Part shown: positions 8,801 through 17,870 of the stretch, piece by piece
How positions within the stretch are numbered: the stretch's first letter is position 1
How the letters are laid out: each line of letters opens with the position of its first letter
Origin: a virus
IMG/VR virus record: IMGVR_UViG_3300045988_163821
Coordinates: 1-20,130 of that record
Strand: one strand, 5' to 3'
DNA: 20,130 nucleotides
Notes under the pieces: model-generated
Database searches by the model: none
What the model was told of the DNA's origin: nothing
What the model saw: the letters and a program-made list of their open reading frames with translations, nothing else
Made by a program: the position numbers and the translations under genes

Positions 8801-9180
8801 AAGGACCACTAAGCAATTTCCATACATATATGCCGGATATGATAGATTTGATGGTTTATGGTATTAGACAAAATGTAGGAAAAGTAAAAAGTGAAATGGA
8901 AAATATGGCATCTGTAATGTCGTACACAATTAACGCTGATGGTGTAAACAATATAACACAACCAAAAATAAATACAGACCTTATGATAGAAAAAAATAAT
9001 AACAACAATAAATTAAATGACATAATTTCAAAATTATCGGACAATGCTGAAACAAACTCTGGCAAAATTACACTTGAGAACAAGATGATTGTAAATGGAA
9101 GAGAAATAGCCAAAGTAATACTCGATGATTTAAATGATGAAGCAAAAAGAAGAGGATATAAACCAATATTAGAACATTAG
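5863..9180 (+). CDS. Tail tape measure protein
   Basis: 1105 aa, coiled-coil rich N-terminus, central hydrophobic segments, C-terminal FQIHSPSKVMYEIGQYIVQGLLDGI motif typical of TMPs; RBS AAAGGAGGG. Confidence 0.9.
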   Translation: MTVEEIEIIVTAKVEEALREFKKISPKIKKELSTIQAETEKVNFNGLAKKVKASGIDKELNKVKNKIKKTFDPNDVSGIKMQGIKQEIAGVSKETQKLKGSAKQLGNAYDLQRYKQKMQELKVETKNTNKEVSKVGHVKYDTKSIQGFVDGYNKKFDPNEVSFTTTGLKTTYDAFGKLNLKQQELHKEMETLSEKLGNTPKGEQYDSILKKLISLNKEAQGLPTNIGKTNQQLNKNMSMPQISTHSNMQADAQPSQQSFSLWDTLKSKIEQIKPQVQQVHSMFQNVSINPNTKQLDLVKYKISEIEEKLQKAKEGKIHLNTKDIIQTEAQLEKLNNQKQKLESNTNSRGNIFSTIFSSLRKITPQMNNVQGIAVNVKNTIRGMGTGVKNGLGHILKYAGALFSMQGIYSTLSSCANTWLSSQNAGAKQLSANIEYMKYAMGSALAPVIQFVTNLVYQLMKAIQSVAYALTGVNIFANASAKAYNNMAKSAGKAAKASKSNHVADFDEIHNIQKDSSGSGSAAGATPNFDLSKIENLDNTLIKAIKNGDWYKVGEELGKKINESLEKIPWNKIQNSAKKVATNIADFINGFIDGTDWSLIGSTIGNGINTALIFTDTFFKRTNFEKIGKAVATTLNSGIKTQDWKLTGRTIADGINSAVDTAYGFVKNFDWANFGTSIGEGIEEAIKDIDWSKLLDTLWTGFKGLLVSLKNLFFTSVRGSVVENHTELLVKMWGLNLTDKEMEELKKDFEDKYTRLFINGDWSVLTDSIKTLGRNIVEGIKQGMHEKIRDLKDWIKEKFDESIIGAIVSLFQIHSPSKVMYEIGQYIVQGLLDGIASLIGNVPLNFGQMKENALKKIEEMKNGIGTKIGNIKNNVLNWAGDVKGNMSNCWENCCKTVGNKLETMKSSISTGLSRAGTIIKNWDNNTGNTFSTLASNAGKWGRDLAENMANGIKRNTEKVTSAVSNVASKIKSFLHFTEPDEGPLSNFHTYMPDMIDLMVYGIRQNVGKVKSEMENMASVMSYTINADGVNNITQPKINTDLMIEKNNNNNKLNDIISKLSDNAETNSGKITLENKMIVNGREIAKVILDDLNDEAKRRGYKPILEH

Positions 9181-9193
9181 GAAGGAGTAGAAA

Positions 9194-9592
9194 ATGATAA
9201 AAGAAAATAATGTAATAGTTGCAGATGGAGTGTCATTACCTACTCCATCTAAATATATTCCATATCCGAATTTAAGGGAAAATAGCACAGAAAATGCTTT
9301 AGGAGATTTAATAAGAAAAATAATAAGCTCAAGATGGAAAATAGAAATGCAATGGGATTTTTTAACTAAAGAACAAGTAAGTTTTTTAACAGATTTAAAA
9401 TTTAAAAAAGAATTTGAGTGCAAATTCCCGAATACTAAAGGAAAAATAATAACAAAAAAAATGTATGCGGGTGATTTAAAGCCAAGTGCTAGTGCAATAG
9501 ATCCAAATACACATCTTGTAACTGGGTGGAAAGATGTGCAATGTAATTTTATACAAGTAAAAGCAGATAAGTATACAGGAGGTACAATATAA
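9194..9592 (+). CDS. Distal tail protein (Dit)-like
   Basis: 132 aa after TMP; ...VADGVSLPTPSKYIPYPNLRENSTENALGDLIRKIISSRWKIEMQWDFLTKEQ... Confidence 0.6.
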   Translation: MIKENNVIVADGVSLPTPSKYIPYPNLRENSTENALGDLIRKIISSRWKIEMQWDFLTKEQVSFLTDLKFKKEFECKFPNTKGKIITKKMYAGDLKPSASAIDPNTHLVTGWKDVQCNFIQVKADKYTGGTI

Positions 9593-11391
9593 TGATTAAA
9601 ATACCTCAAGAATTGATTGATGGTGCTAGAGCTAGAATAGTGACGAATAGTGCTCGAGTATTAATAAGTGATAGTGTATATATAAATAATATAGTAAACG
9701 AAAAGTATAAATATGCCATCTTTGAAAATGAAGGAATTTCTTTGAACACAACTGAATGTATAATTTCGAATGCGGAAGAAATCGAAGGGTGGTACAGTGA
9801 TAGTGTTTCTGATCCGAATGGAATTTTTAAAACCCCAGTTACATACATAAAAAGATGTGATAATGATAAAAATAGCATAGCAGATCTAAACATAATTTTT
9901 TCAGATTTAAGAGCAGAATTTGCTATTGAATTTGATGTAATTATTAAAGGTAAAGATGGTAATTCAACAACATATAATTTTGATAATAATAATAGTACAA
10001 AAATAAAACTAAAAAATATAGAGACTGGAAGTATTGTAACCGTTAAAATTTACAAATGGTCGCAAAAATATAGCCATGCAAAAATTTTGAATATGTATAT
10101 TGGAACAATTTTTCAATACGATGATGACAAAATAATTTCAATTTCTGCAAAAAAAGGAGCAAATTTAACAAATGAGACACTTGAAAGCAAAAGCATAGAG
10201 ATAAAAATTGTAGATGAAGATGAGGAATATAATATTTTTGATGAAGAAAGCATTTTAGCAAACTTAAACGAAAACAATATAATTACAGTTTTTTTAGGGA
10301 TATTAATTAATGAGATTATTTATTATTTAAAAGTTGATGACATATATTTTGACCATTTCGAAAAAGGCGAAAATACACTTGAGCTAACAATATTTGGGTT
10401 AGGTGCACTGTCAAAATTGCAAAAAAGTAATTGGATAGAGCTATATAAAGATGATATATATAATTTCCCTTTTACTTTAGAATATTTGTTAAAAAACAAT
10501 AATTATGAAAAAATTTCGGAAAAAATACTAATAGATGACGAAATAAAAAACGAAGCGGAAAAGACTACAACTCTATATGAAAAAACAATGAGGTCCGATA
10601 ACTATATTTCAAGTTTAGGAATTTTTTTTAAAGCAAATGTTTTTGAAAATATAGAAAACGAAATTGTTTTTAAGCGTTTAAAATGTACAACCCCTATAGC
10701 AAAAATAGAGCTTGAAAATCAACAAGAGTATCCTAAAATTGAGAAAGATGATAAATTAAAGAATATAAATATAAAAATATATTCGAATGATTTAGATGAG
10801 GAAACAGAAGCATTTTCAGGGAAATTTAATACAAATAATTATGGATATGCTACATTAAATCCAAATAAAAGTTTGGAACTTTTAGGAAACACAGGAGGTT
10901 TGGCAACTGATGTATTAAATTATATTTTTACATTTTACAATAAAGATGGCACTATATATGAAAGTGGTGTAACATCAAATGTAGGAGATCTTTATTTTGA
11001 TTTAATATATATTCACTATTTGCCAAACAGCAAATATGCAGACAAAACATATGAATTAACAGCCAAAATAAGACCGTTTAAATTTTCAAGCTATGATTTT
11101 ATAATAAACAATGGCAAAAATGAAGAAATAGTAATAGATAATAGAAATATAACAAGTGAAGAAAAAGCCAAAGAAATTGCTAATTGGTATACGGACAACT
11201 TAAAGAAAAAATATAGCTATATTTTGCATATAAACGACATATTTGCATATGAAATTGGAGATACCATTGAATTTGAAACAGGAATATATAATGCAAAAAA
11301 TGAGATGATATATAAAACAGGAATTATAACAGGAATAGAATATGAATATAACGGAACTTTGGATTATTATTTGATAGTGGAAGGAGATTAA
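9592..11391 (+). CDS. Tail hub/baseplate protein (tail-associated, Tal-like)
   Basis: 599 aa in position after Dit; TNSARVLISDSVY..., C-terminal FAYEIGDTIEFETGIYNAKNEMIYKTGIITGIEYEYNGTLDYYLIVEG typical of hub proteins. Confidence 0.55.
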   Translation: MIKIPQELIDGARARIVTNSARVLISDSVYINNIVNEKYKYAIFENEGISLNTTECIISNAEEIEGWYSDSVSDPNGIFKTPVTYIKRCDNDKNSIADLNIIFSDLRAEFAIEFDVIIKGKDGNSTTYNFDNNNSTKIKLKNIETGSIVTVKIYKWSQKYSHAKILNMYIGTIFQYDDDKIISISAKKGANLTNETLESKSIEIKIVDEDEEYNIFDEESILANLNENNIITVFLGILINEIIYYLKVDDIYFDHFEKGENTLELTIFGLGALSKLQKSNWIELYKDDIYNFPFTLEYLLKNNNYEKISEKILIDDEIKNEAEKTTTLYEKTMRSDNYISSLGIFFKANVFENIENEIVFKRLKCTTPIAKIELENQQEYPKIEKDDKLKNINIKIYSNDLDEETEAFSGKFNTNNYGYATLNPNKSLELLGNTGGLATDVLNYIFTFYNKDGTIYESGVTSNVGDLYFDLIYIHYLPNSKYADKTYELTAKIRPFKFSSYDFIINNGKNEEIVIDNRNITSEEKAKEIANWYTDNLKKKYSYILHINDIFAYEIGDTIEFETGIYNAKNEMIYKTGIITGIEYEYNGTLDYYLIVEGD

Positions 11392-11398
11392 AAAAATA

Positions 11399-12145
11399 AT
11401 GTTAAAGGATAATTGGACTCAAGATGATAAATTAAAGGTAACAGATTATAATAATATCTTTAGTACTATGTTAAAAATATTAGAAAATTTAAATATTGAA
11501 CGTCCGGAGCTGAAAAGTAAAACGAGAAACATTCAAATAGGAGATGATCTAAGTGGAGAAGAGTTATTTTTAGATATAGAAAGTGAAGTAGAATATGAAT
11601 GGCTAGTAACAGAAAATGTAGTACCAATTATTACAACCGAAAATAATTTGATAGGTGAGTGTAAGTTTGAAAATACTGAAAATTATAAAACAATAGACTA
11701 TGAAGGAATAGCAATAAATTTCAAACAAAATTTGGAAAAAAATCAAGATTTTCTTTATTTAGTATGTGAAAATAATACAAAAACTGAAATTAATCTAAAA
11801 AATTATAAACTGCCAGAGAACTTCGGAATTGTAACATCTATAAATACCAGTTCGGCTTTTTATAATTTAATAAAAATAAATACTTACAAAAAAAGTATGG
11901 GAGATTTTTTATACATTGAGGATTTACAATTAATAGAGGATAATATAGAAAAATTAAATAAATTCGTAGAAGAAAAATTTAAAAAAAAGCAGTGGACAAG
12001 TCCGAGTTTTATAACAAACGACGATTTAAATAGGTGGTGCCACGCCCTAAATTTAGCAGATATTTTTTATAAGTATAGTGATTATAAAGAAAAAACGTAT
12101 AAGCAGTTGAAAAATAAAACATATAATGACATTTTAAAAAAATAA
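11399..12145 (+). CDS. Hypothetical phage tail/baseplate protein
   Basis: 248-aa ORF within the baseplate gene run. Confidence 0.5.
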   Translation: MLKDNWTQDDKLKVTDYNNIFSTMLKILENLNIERPELKSKTRNIQIGDDLSGEELFLDIESEVEYEWLVTENVVPIITTENNLIGECKFENTENYKTIDYEGIAINFKQNLEKNQDFLYLVCENNTKTEINLKNYKLPENFGIVTSINTSSAFYNLIKINTYKKSMGDFLYIEDLQLIEDNIEKLNKFVEEKFKKKQWTSPSFITNDDLNRWCHALNLADIFYKYSDYKEKTYKQLKNKTYNDILKK

Positions 12146-12158
12146 GGAGGAAGAGAAG

Positions 12159-12974
12159 ATGGGAGAAACAAGTAAATATAAATTCCCATATCCAGAAGAA
12201 ACAGATAAAGCAGATGTTCCTACACATCTTAAGTTATTGGCTGAAAGCATAGAAAAAGTAATATCTGATTTAAAAATAGATACAATTAAAAGAAGTCAAA
12301 ATTTTGCATTTTATAATACTGGAAGCGTTCTGGGATATAATTTAGAAGGAATAAGTCAAGAAAATTTATCAAAAATAGAAATTGGATATGTAACTAGTGA
12401 AACTGAAACACCAACAAATTTTGTTGAAGTTACAAATCATAATGGAAACATAAATACAGATATAGTAGAAGATACGATTATATACATATGGATAAAATTA
12501 ACATATACGGACATAGGAGAATTTTTATTAAATTCAGACAATTACGGTAATAAATATAGTTTATATATGGTCTTAGGTGGACAAGCTTGTTTTACAGGAG
12601 ATACTAAGATACTAACAGAAACAGGAATGAAAGAAATAAAAGATATAAAAATAAATGATAATATAGTAACAACATCTGGAATAAAGCCTGTAACAAAGAA
12701 ATATGAGCATATAGTTAGTAATATTTACAAAATTAAAATTGAAAACGAAGAAATAAAAGCAAGTTATTCGCACCCATTTATAACTGAAAGAGGAATTGTT
12801 ATAGCAAGAGATTTGAAAGTTGGAGATATTCTAGAGGATATAACTGGAAGAAAAATAAAGATAAAAGATATAGAAATAATAGAAGAAAACACAATTGTGT
12901 ATGAAATAAATACAGATTCTAACTATTATTATATAACAGACAGTAAAATCTTTGTAGCAAGTGAGGTGTTATAA
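12159..12974 (+). CDS. Tail protein with C-terminal Hint (intein-like/BIL-like) domain
   Basis: N-term KYKFPYPEETDKADVPTHLKLLAESIE phage tail-like; from Cys144: CFTGDTKILTETGMKEIKDIKINDNIVTT...SYSHPFITERGIVIARDLKVGDIL...VYEINTDSNYYYITDSKIFVASE. Confidence 0.8.
   Translation: MGETSKYKFPYPEETDKADVPTHLKLLAESIEKVISDLKIDTIKRSQNFAFYNTGSVLGYNLEGISQENLSKIEIGYVTSETETPTNFVEVTNHNGNINTDIVEDTIIYIWIKLTYTDIGEFLLNSDNYGNKYSLYMVLGGQACFTGDTKILTETGMKEIKDIKINDNIVTTSGIKPVTKKYEHIVSNIYKIKIENEEIKASYSHPFITERGIVIARDLKVGDILEDITGRKIKIKDIEIIEENTIVYEINTDSNYYYITDSKIFVASEVL
12588..12965 (+). other. Hint domain region (codons from catalytic-type Cys to C-terminal block)
   Basis: Block A-like CFTGDTKILT at 12588, block B-like SHPF, block F-like NYYYITDSKIFV; no terminal HN dipeptide. 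Confidence 0.7.
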
Positions 12975-15410
12975 TGCAATTTAAAGTAAAAAAAGACTAT
13001 TTAGAAATAGTAGAAACAGAAAATACGTATGCGAAAGCAATAGACCTGTATAACATAGATATTAATTTCTCTGAAGAATGGGACAACCTAGCTAAAAAAA
13101 TGTTATTCATAAATGATTCTGATGTATATGAGCAACAAATAGTAGATAATAAAACAGTTTTACCGAACTTACCAAATGGGAGATACCAGATTGGTGTAGT
13201 TCGGTTTTTTAGTGCAAGAAAACAAAATAGTAAAAAGAATCCCAACAAATCTAGTAACCAAAACAATAATAACATCTTCTGCAGAATACGAATCCAACAA
13301 AGAATATACGGACGAGGATGCAAACATTTATGAAAAATATTTACAAGCAATAACAAATGTATCCATAGATATAAACAACGATATAGAAAAAATAAAAGCA
13401 TTAGAAGATAACATACTGGATCAATACAATAAAAATGTTGAACTAGCAGATAAAATGGAACAAGAAACAGAGAAATTTGCAAAACAAGCTAATACAGCAA
13501 TAGAAGATTATAACAGCAATGCAGAAACAAAAACAAAGGAGTTTAATACTAATGCAAAGGAAAAGGCGGATGAATTTAATAGCAATGCTACAAAAAAGAA
13601 AACCGAAATAAGTGATATTGCTGATAGTTTTGATACAAATGCAGAAGAAAAAACAAATACATTTAATAGTAATGTAGAAACAAAAACAACAGAATTTAAC
13701 AACAATTCTAATACTAAAACAGAAGAGTTTAACAATAATTCCACAGAAAAAATTAATGCTTTTAATTCTAATGCAGAAGAAAAAATTACAGATTATAATG
13801 AACACGTAGAAACTTTGACTAGTAGAATAGCAGAATTAGAAGAAGAAACAGAAGATTTGTTTAATGCACTAAACACAGAAAAAGTAAGCGGAACTGAGCT
13901 ATACATAGATGACGCCAAAGCTTGCAGAGTTATTAGTAGCGAGATTGATGGTATGTATCAGCAAGAAAATACAACCGGAACAAACTTGATGAATTTAAAT
14001 GTTGTGCAAAATTCCAACATTACAGTAAACGAAGATGGAACCATAACAATAAATGGATCAGGAGGATTTAATTTAGCATTTGAAAGTTTTACATTTAAAG
14101 CAAATACACCATATTACATAAAATGGGAAATAGTATCTGGAACAGTAATAAAAACAGATAATATTGTTATTAGAACTCCTGACAACTCAGCCTGGGCACT
14201 AAAAGATGAGTTTACAAGTTTTTCTGTTGCGGAAGATAAAACAATCAGATACGTCTGGATTCACAAAGATGCAAAATTTGAAAATGCAAAAATAAGAATT
14301 TGGATTAGTGAAAGCCAAAGTGATTTTGAACTTTATACAGGAAAAATTCCATCTCCAAGCCCAGACTATCCGCAGGCAATTGAACAGGTTGAAAGTGTAA
14401 AATTAAATATAAAAGGTAAAAATTTGTGCGATGGTATAAATCAAAATTATTATCTAAACAATAATTTAAACATTTGTGGGAAAGTAACAGGTAACAGCGG
14501 ATTAGCAATAGATGTACAAGACAAATCATATGTAACTGTATCTACAAAAATAACACAAAATAGATACAGAATAGCATGTATCAACAGTTTGTTGCAGAAA
14601 GAAAAGGCAACTACTGTAGCATATAGAGGAGTACAAAAAGACAATACAAGTGCAACTGTAACTATAGACACTACAGGATATAAGTATTTAATAATTAACG
14701 CTACTGATTTAAGTAGTATTCTTGTCGAAAATGGTTCTGTTGCAACAGAATACGAGCCATATCAAAAACAAACTGTTGTAATAAACCTAAACGGCAACAA
14801 GCCATATGCAATTTCCGACACAATAAAAGACAAATTACTAATAGATAGAAGTGGAAATGTAGCACTACAGAAGAATGTTGGCGAGGTTATTTTTAATGGC
14901 AATGAACATTGGGAATTAGCAGAAAAAGGATTTTATAATTCTTCTTATTTTATTGGAAAAAAAGATAAAAAAAATTTTGAAGCATGTTGTAATTATTTCT
15001 TAGTTGATAGATTAGGTAAAACTTGGACAGGGCTTAACCATTGTGGTTTCAACAATTCTGGATATTTTTGGATACAGGAAGAACATAAATTAGCAACAAC
15101 GCCAAAAGGATTTAACGAATGGCTAACTACGCATAATTTGGAAGTATATTATGCATTAGCAACACCAGAAATAATCGATTTAGGACAACTTACCGAATTG
15201 CCAAAAACTTTTGACGGCATAAACAATATTTGGGCAGAAACAAACCTAGGTAACACAGAGATAGAGATAGAATATGTGCAAGATGTTAAAAAACTACTAG
15301 AACAGCAAAATGCAAGACTAGATAACATAGAAGCATTATTAAGTACAACAGAAACAAGCGCACTATTACTAGATAATATGCAGAATGATTTAGAAAAGGA
15401 GGTGAAGTAG
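12974..15410 (+). CDS. Upper baseplate (BppU-like)/tail fibre protein split across two frames (12974..13333 and 13212..15410)
   Basis: Frame 1 ...LPNLPNGRYQIGVVRFF and frame 2 (L)VQENKIVKRIPTNLVTKTIITSSAEYESNKEYTDED... join in the way expected for one BppU-type N-terminal domain; C-terminal region has ELYTGKIPSPSPDYPQAIEQV motif. Confidence 0.65.
13506..13823 (+). repeat. ~33-nt / 11-residue (hendecad) coiled-coil repeat array inside fibre gene
   Basis: DYNSNAETKTK/EFNTNAKEKAD/EFNSNATKKKT/.../EFNNNSNTKTE/EFNNNSTEKIN/AFNSNAEEKIT/DYNEHVETLTS. Confidence 0.85.
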
Positions 15411-15411
15411 A

Positions 15412-15621
15412 ATGAATATAGCAACATTATTAGAAAAATTAATTGAAAAAAAATACTATGCGAACAAAGAAGACATAGAGAACAAATTAAATGTATTTTA
15501 TGCAATGTCTAAAATTCCTGACGAAGACTACAGCAATTTAACATTAAAAGTAGAAGAAGTTTACGCAGTAGTAGAAGATACAGAAGTAACAGAAGAAGTT
15601 TTGGAAAGCGAGGCTGAATAA
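15412..15621 (+). CDS. Small hypothetical protein
   Basis: 69-aa ORF immediately after fibre stop and abutting the next gene (ATG overlap). Confidence 0.5.
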   Translation: MNIATLLEKLIEKKYYANKEDIENKLNVFYAMSKIPDEDYSNLTLKVEEVYAVVEDTEVTEEVLESEAE

Positions 15622-15905
15622 TGGCATTAATTAATTTTATAAAAGATTATTGGGTACAGATAGTATTTATCTGTACCCTTATTGCAGCAATATATAAATT
15701 CGGAAAGGCACTAATAGAAGCAACAAAATGTAGCCTACGAAACGATATTTTAGGAATATACGATAGATGTAAAGATACTAAAAAAATAACTAAATGGCAA
15801 TTAGAAAGTATAGAGTATAGCTACAAACAATACAAGATGCTAAAAGGCAATTCTTTTGTAGAAACATTAGTAGAAAAAGTGGAAGATTTTGAAATTATTG
15901 ATTAA
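15621..15905 (+). CDS. Membrane-anchored lysis-associated protein (holin/haemolysin-like)
   Basis: Single N-terminal TM (WVQIVFICTLIAAIYKFGKALIEA) followed by charged region, just before holin. Confidence 0.5.
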   Translation: MALINFIKDYWVQIVFICTLIAAIYKFGKALIEATKCSLRNDILGIYDRCKDTKKITKWQLESIEYSYKQYKMLKGNSFVETLVEKVEDFEIID

Positions 15906-15926
15906 AGATAATGAGGAGGAATAAAT

Positions 15927-16121
15927 ATGGAGAAGATTAAGAAAATAGCAAAATATGCAACTAACATATTAGCAATAATAGGAGCATTAGTAGCAGGTAT
16001 TAATGGAGTAGAAGGAATAACAATACCGTATGCTACCCAGATAATACAAATAATAGCAGTTTTGCAAGGTATAATAGGAACATATTTGTTAACTAATAAA
16101 ACATTTAAAGGAAGTGAATAA
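15927..16121 (+). CDS. Phage holin
   Basis: 64 aa, two hydrophobic helices, KNKTFKGSE-like tail, just upstream of endolysin. Confidence 0.75.
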   Translation: MEKIKKIAKYATNILAIIGALVAGINGVEGITIPYATQIIQIIAVLQGIIGTYLLTNKTFKGSE

Positions 16122-16123
16122 AC

Positions 16124-16741
16124 ATGAACATAAAGAATTATAGCAAAAAAAGAGATGGGCAAAAAAATATTACACCAAACATAAAAGTATATGAGGTAGC
16201 CTGTAAAGATGGTACAGATGCAATAAAAATCGATTATGTAATATGTTGTTTTGCACAATACATAAGAGAATTACTAGGCAAGGCAATACATATAAATTCC
16301 GCATACAGAACTGTAGCATATAACAGAAAAGTCGGTGGAAAAAGTGGAAGTAGACATTTAAAAGGCTGTGCATTAGATTTGTGGATACAATCTGTTAAAC
16401 AACAGGATTTAGCAAATTATTTTTATTCTATGGGATTAATTCGTGTAGGTGTTTACGGTTCTTTTGTACATGCAGACACAGACAGAAGCCCGCAATGGCT
16501 ATCTCAAGGAAATTTTAGAAAAGTTAATATTCCATGTCTAAGAACATTAAAGCAAGGCTCAAAAGAGTACCTAGTGGCAATTATACAATATAAATTAAAT
16601 TGCCTAGGATATAATTGTGGAATAGAAGATGGAATATTTGGAAACACTTCTAAAAACGCAGTAATTAATTTTCAAAAAGCAAAAGGTTTAACTGCGGATG
16701 GAATTGTAGGGAAAAATACGTGGAATAAATTATTTAATTAA
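16124..16741 (+). CDS. Endolysin: Peptidase_M15-like catalytic domain + PG_binding_1
   Basis: INSAYRTVAYNRKVGGKSGSRHLKGCALDLWI...HADTD metal-binding pattern; C-term VAIIQYKLNCLGYNCGIEDGIFGNTSKNAVINFQKAKGLTADGIVGKNTWNKL. Confidence 0.9.
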   Translation: MNIKNYSKKRDGQKNITPNIKVYEVACKDGTDAIKIDYVICCFAQYIRELLGKAIHINSAYRTVAYNRKVGGKSGSRHLKGCALDLWIQSVKQQDLANYFYSMGLIRVGVYGSFVHADTDRSPQWLSQGNFRKVNIPCLRTLKQGSKEYLVAIIQYKLNCLGYNCGIEDGIFGNTSKNAVINFQKAKGLTADGIVGKNTWNKLFN

Positions 16742-16747
16742 AAAGTA

Positions 16748-16776
16748 TTGACAAGAATATAAACATAGTATATTAT
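16748..16776 (+). promoter_or_regulatory. Strong sigma-A type promoter
   Basis: TTGACA (16748-16753), 17-nt spacer, TATTAT (16771-16776). Confidence 0.7.
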
Positions 16777-16782
16777 AATTTT

Positions 16783-16990
16783 AGTTCCAATTACTCGGTA
16801 GATTCTATATTAAATTAGTCTACCTTCATGGTTTAACTATAACATGGAATGTATTTTAATGAATTTTAAAATAAAAGTAATATTTTCTAAACTATTATTA
16901 GTTTAAAATTTATTAAAAAAATTGGTTTAACTATTACACATAGTGTATAAATAAAAAAAAATAAGAGGAATTTTCTTCCTCTTATTTTTT
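16783..16990 (+). ncRNA. Candidate ~200-nt non-coding RNA
   Basis: Promoter at 16748, 5' hairpin GGTAGATT/AGTCTACC (16797-16804/16817-16824), no ORF in the track, ends at strong terminator 16960-16990. Confidence 0.4.
16955..16990. terminator. Bidirectional Rho-independent terminator
   Basis: AATAAGAGGAA-TTTTC-TTCCTCTTATT perfect 11-bp stem, flanked by A-tract and T-tract; between convergent units. Confidence 0.85.
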
Positions 16991-17510
16991 ATATAATCCA
17001 TATATTAGTTACTTTAACTAAAATTTTGAATTGATAGTCACTATCTTCATTCATTTTCTCTATGTAATTTTTGCTTAATATATCAAAATCTACTGCGATT
17101 TCTTTAACCTCTTCATTTTCGTTCGTTGTTCTATAACAAATACAACCGTTTTCTGTTTCTTCTCCCATATCTAGTGTACCATCTAAAGCAGAATTAAGAT
17201 TATCACCTTCGTAGATGCTTGTAGGAGATTCTAATATTTCTTCACATTTATTATCCATGTCTAATAATGTTATCTCCTTACCTAATAATTCCTCTTTTAA
17301 TTCTTTAATCATTTTTTCCATTTTAAAATCCTCCTTGTTTATAATTATTTTTTTTCCATCAAATTTTAACGTTGCTGTTCTGTCTGCATTGTCAAATCCC
17401 ATTTCTTTAATCCACGGAACTGGCAATGTTATTCTAGTTGTAGTATATCCATTTCCATTTTTGGCAAATAATATTTTTGTAGTTCTTATTTCAACATCTT
17501 CGTTTTCCAT
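16989..17510 (-). CDS. AbrB/SpoVT-like DNA-binding domain protein
   Basis: N-term VEIRTTKILFAKNGNGYTTTRITLPVPWIKEMGFDNADRTATLKFDGKKIIINK resembles swapped-hairpin AbrB/MazE fold; acidic C-terminus. Confidence 0.6.
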   Translation of the reverse strand: MENEDVEIRTTKILFAKNGNGYTTTRITLPVPWIKEMGFDNADRTATLKFDGKKIIINKEDFKMEKMIKELKEELLGKEITLLDMDNKCEEILESPTSIYEGDNLNSALDGTLDMGEETENGCICYRTTNENEEVKEIAVDFDILSKNYIEKMNEDSDYQFKILVKVTNIWII

Positions 17511-17543
17511 ATTTACATCTTTTCCTTTCGTTTTGTTAAATAC

Positions 17544-17572
17544 ATATTAACATAGTCGTGTCGACTTGTCAA
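17544..17572 (-). promoter_or_regulatory. Promoter of AbrB-like gene with palindromic operator in spacer
   Basis: On minus strand TTGACA-N17-TAATAT; perfect palindrome AGTCG-TGT-CGACT (17554-17566) inside the spacer. Confidence 0.6.
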
Positions 17573-17809
17573 CAGTTTTTTCAAAAAAAAATAAAAAAAT
17601 TAAAAAAACCTCAAAACCCTTAAAACAGAGACATAAAACTATATTAATTAAAAATAAAAACGGCTTAAAATGGATTGTGAAAGGTCGTTCTTTTGTATAA
17701 CAATTTGTTTAACTTTTTTACAAAAAAGTGTTGTAAAAATAAAAAAGTAATGATATTAATTAATAAATAATTAATTATATCATATAATATTTACTTTAGT
17801 AGATATAAC

Positions 17810-17838
17810 TTTACAAGATACATAAAATATAATATAAT
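17810..17838 (+). promoter_or_regulatory. Promoter upstream of Panacea gene
   Basis: TTTACA (17810-17815), 17-nt spacer, TATAAT (17833-17838). Confidence 0.6.
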
Positions 17839-17870
17839 GTAAAGAATAAATAAAAAGGGGAATTTATATT

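Noticed and set aside
8343-8816. Long minus-strand ORF (157 aa) inside the tape measure gene, with others at 8282, 8856, 9169, 1031, 5844 and 13443
   Set aside because: Antisense shadow ORFs of strongly coding AT-rich plus-strand genes; low-complexity Phe/Leu/Ser-rich translations, no sensible RBS or family signal.
12159-12974. Canonical self-splicing intein
   Set aside because: No C-extein, no terminal HN + Cys/Ser/Thr, and no homing endonuclease domain; better called a Hint/BIL-like domain.
13506-13823. Could the repeats be a CRISPR array?
   Set aside because: Repeats are in-frame degenerate coding units of 33 nt with no unique spacers; no cas genes.
17215-17550. Plus-strand 111-aa ORF opposite the AbrB-like gene
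   Set aside because: Fully overlaps the better supported minus-strand gene, which has a promoter, RBS and recognisable domain.
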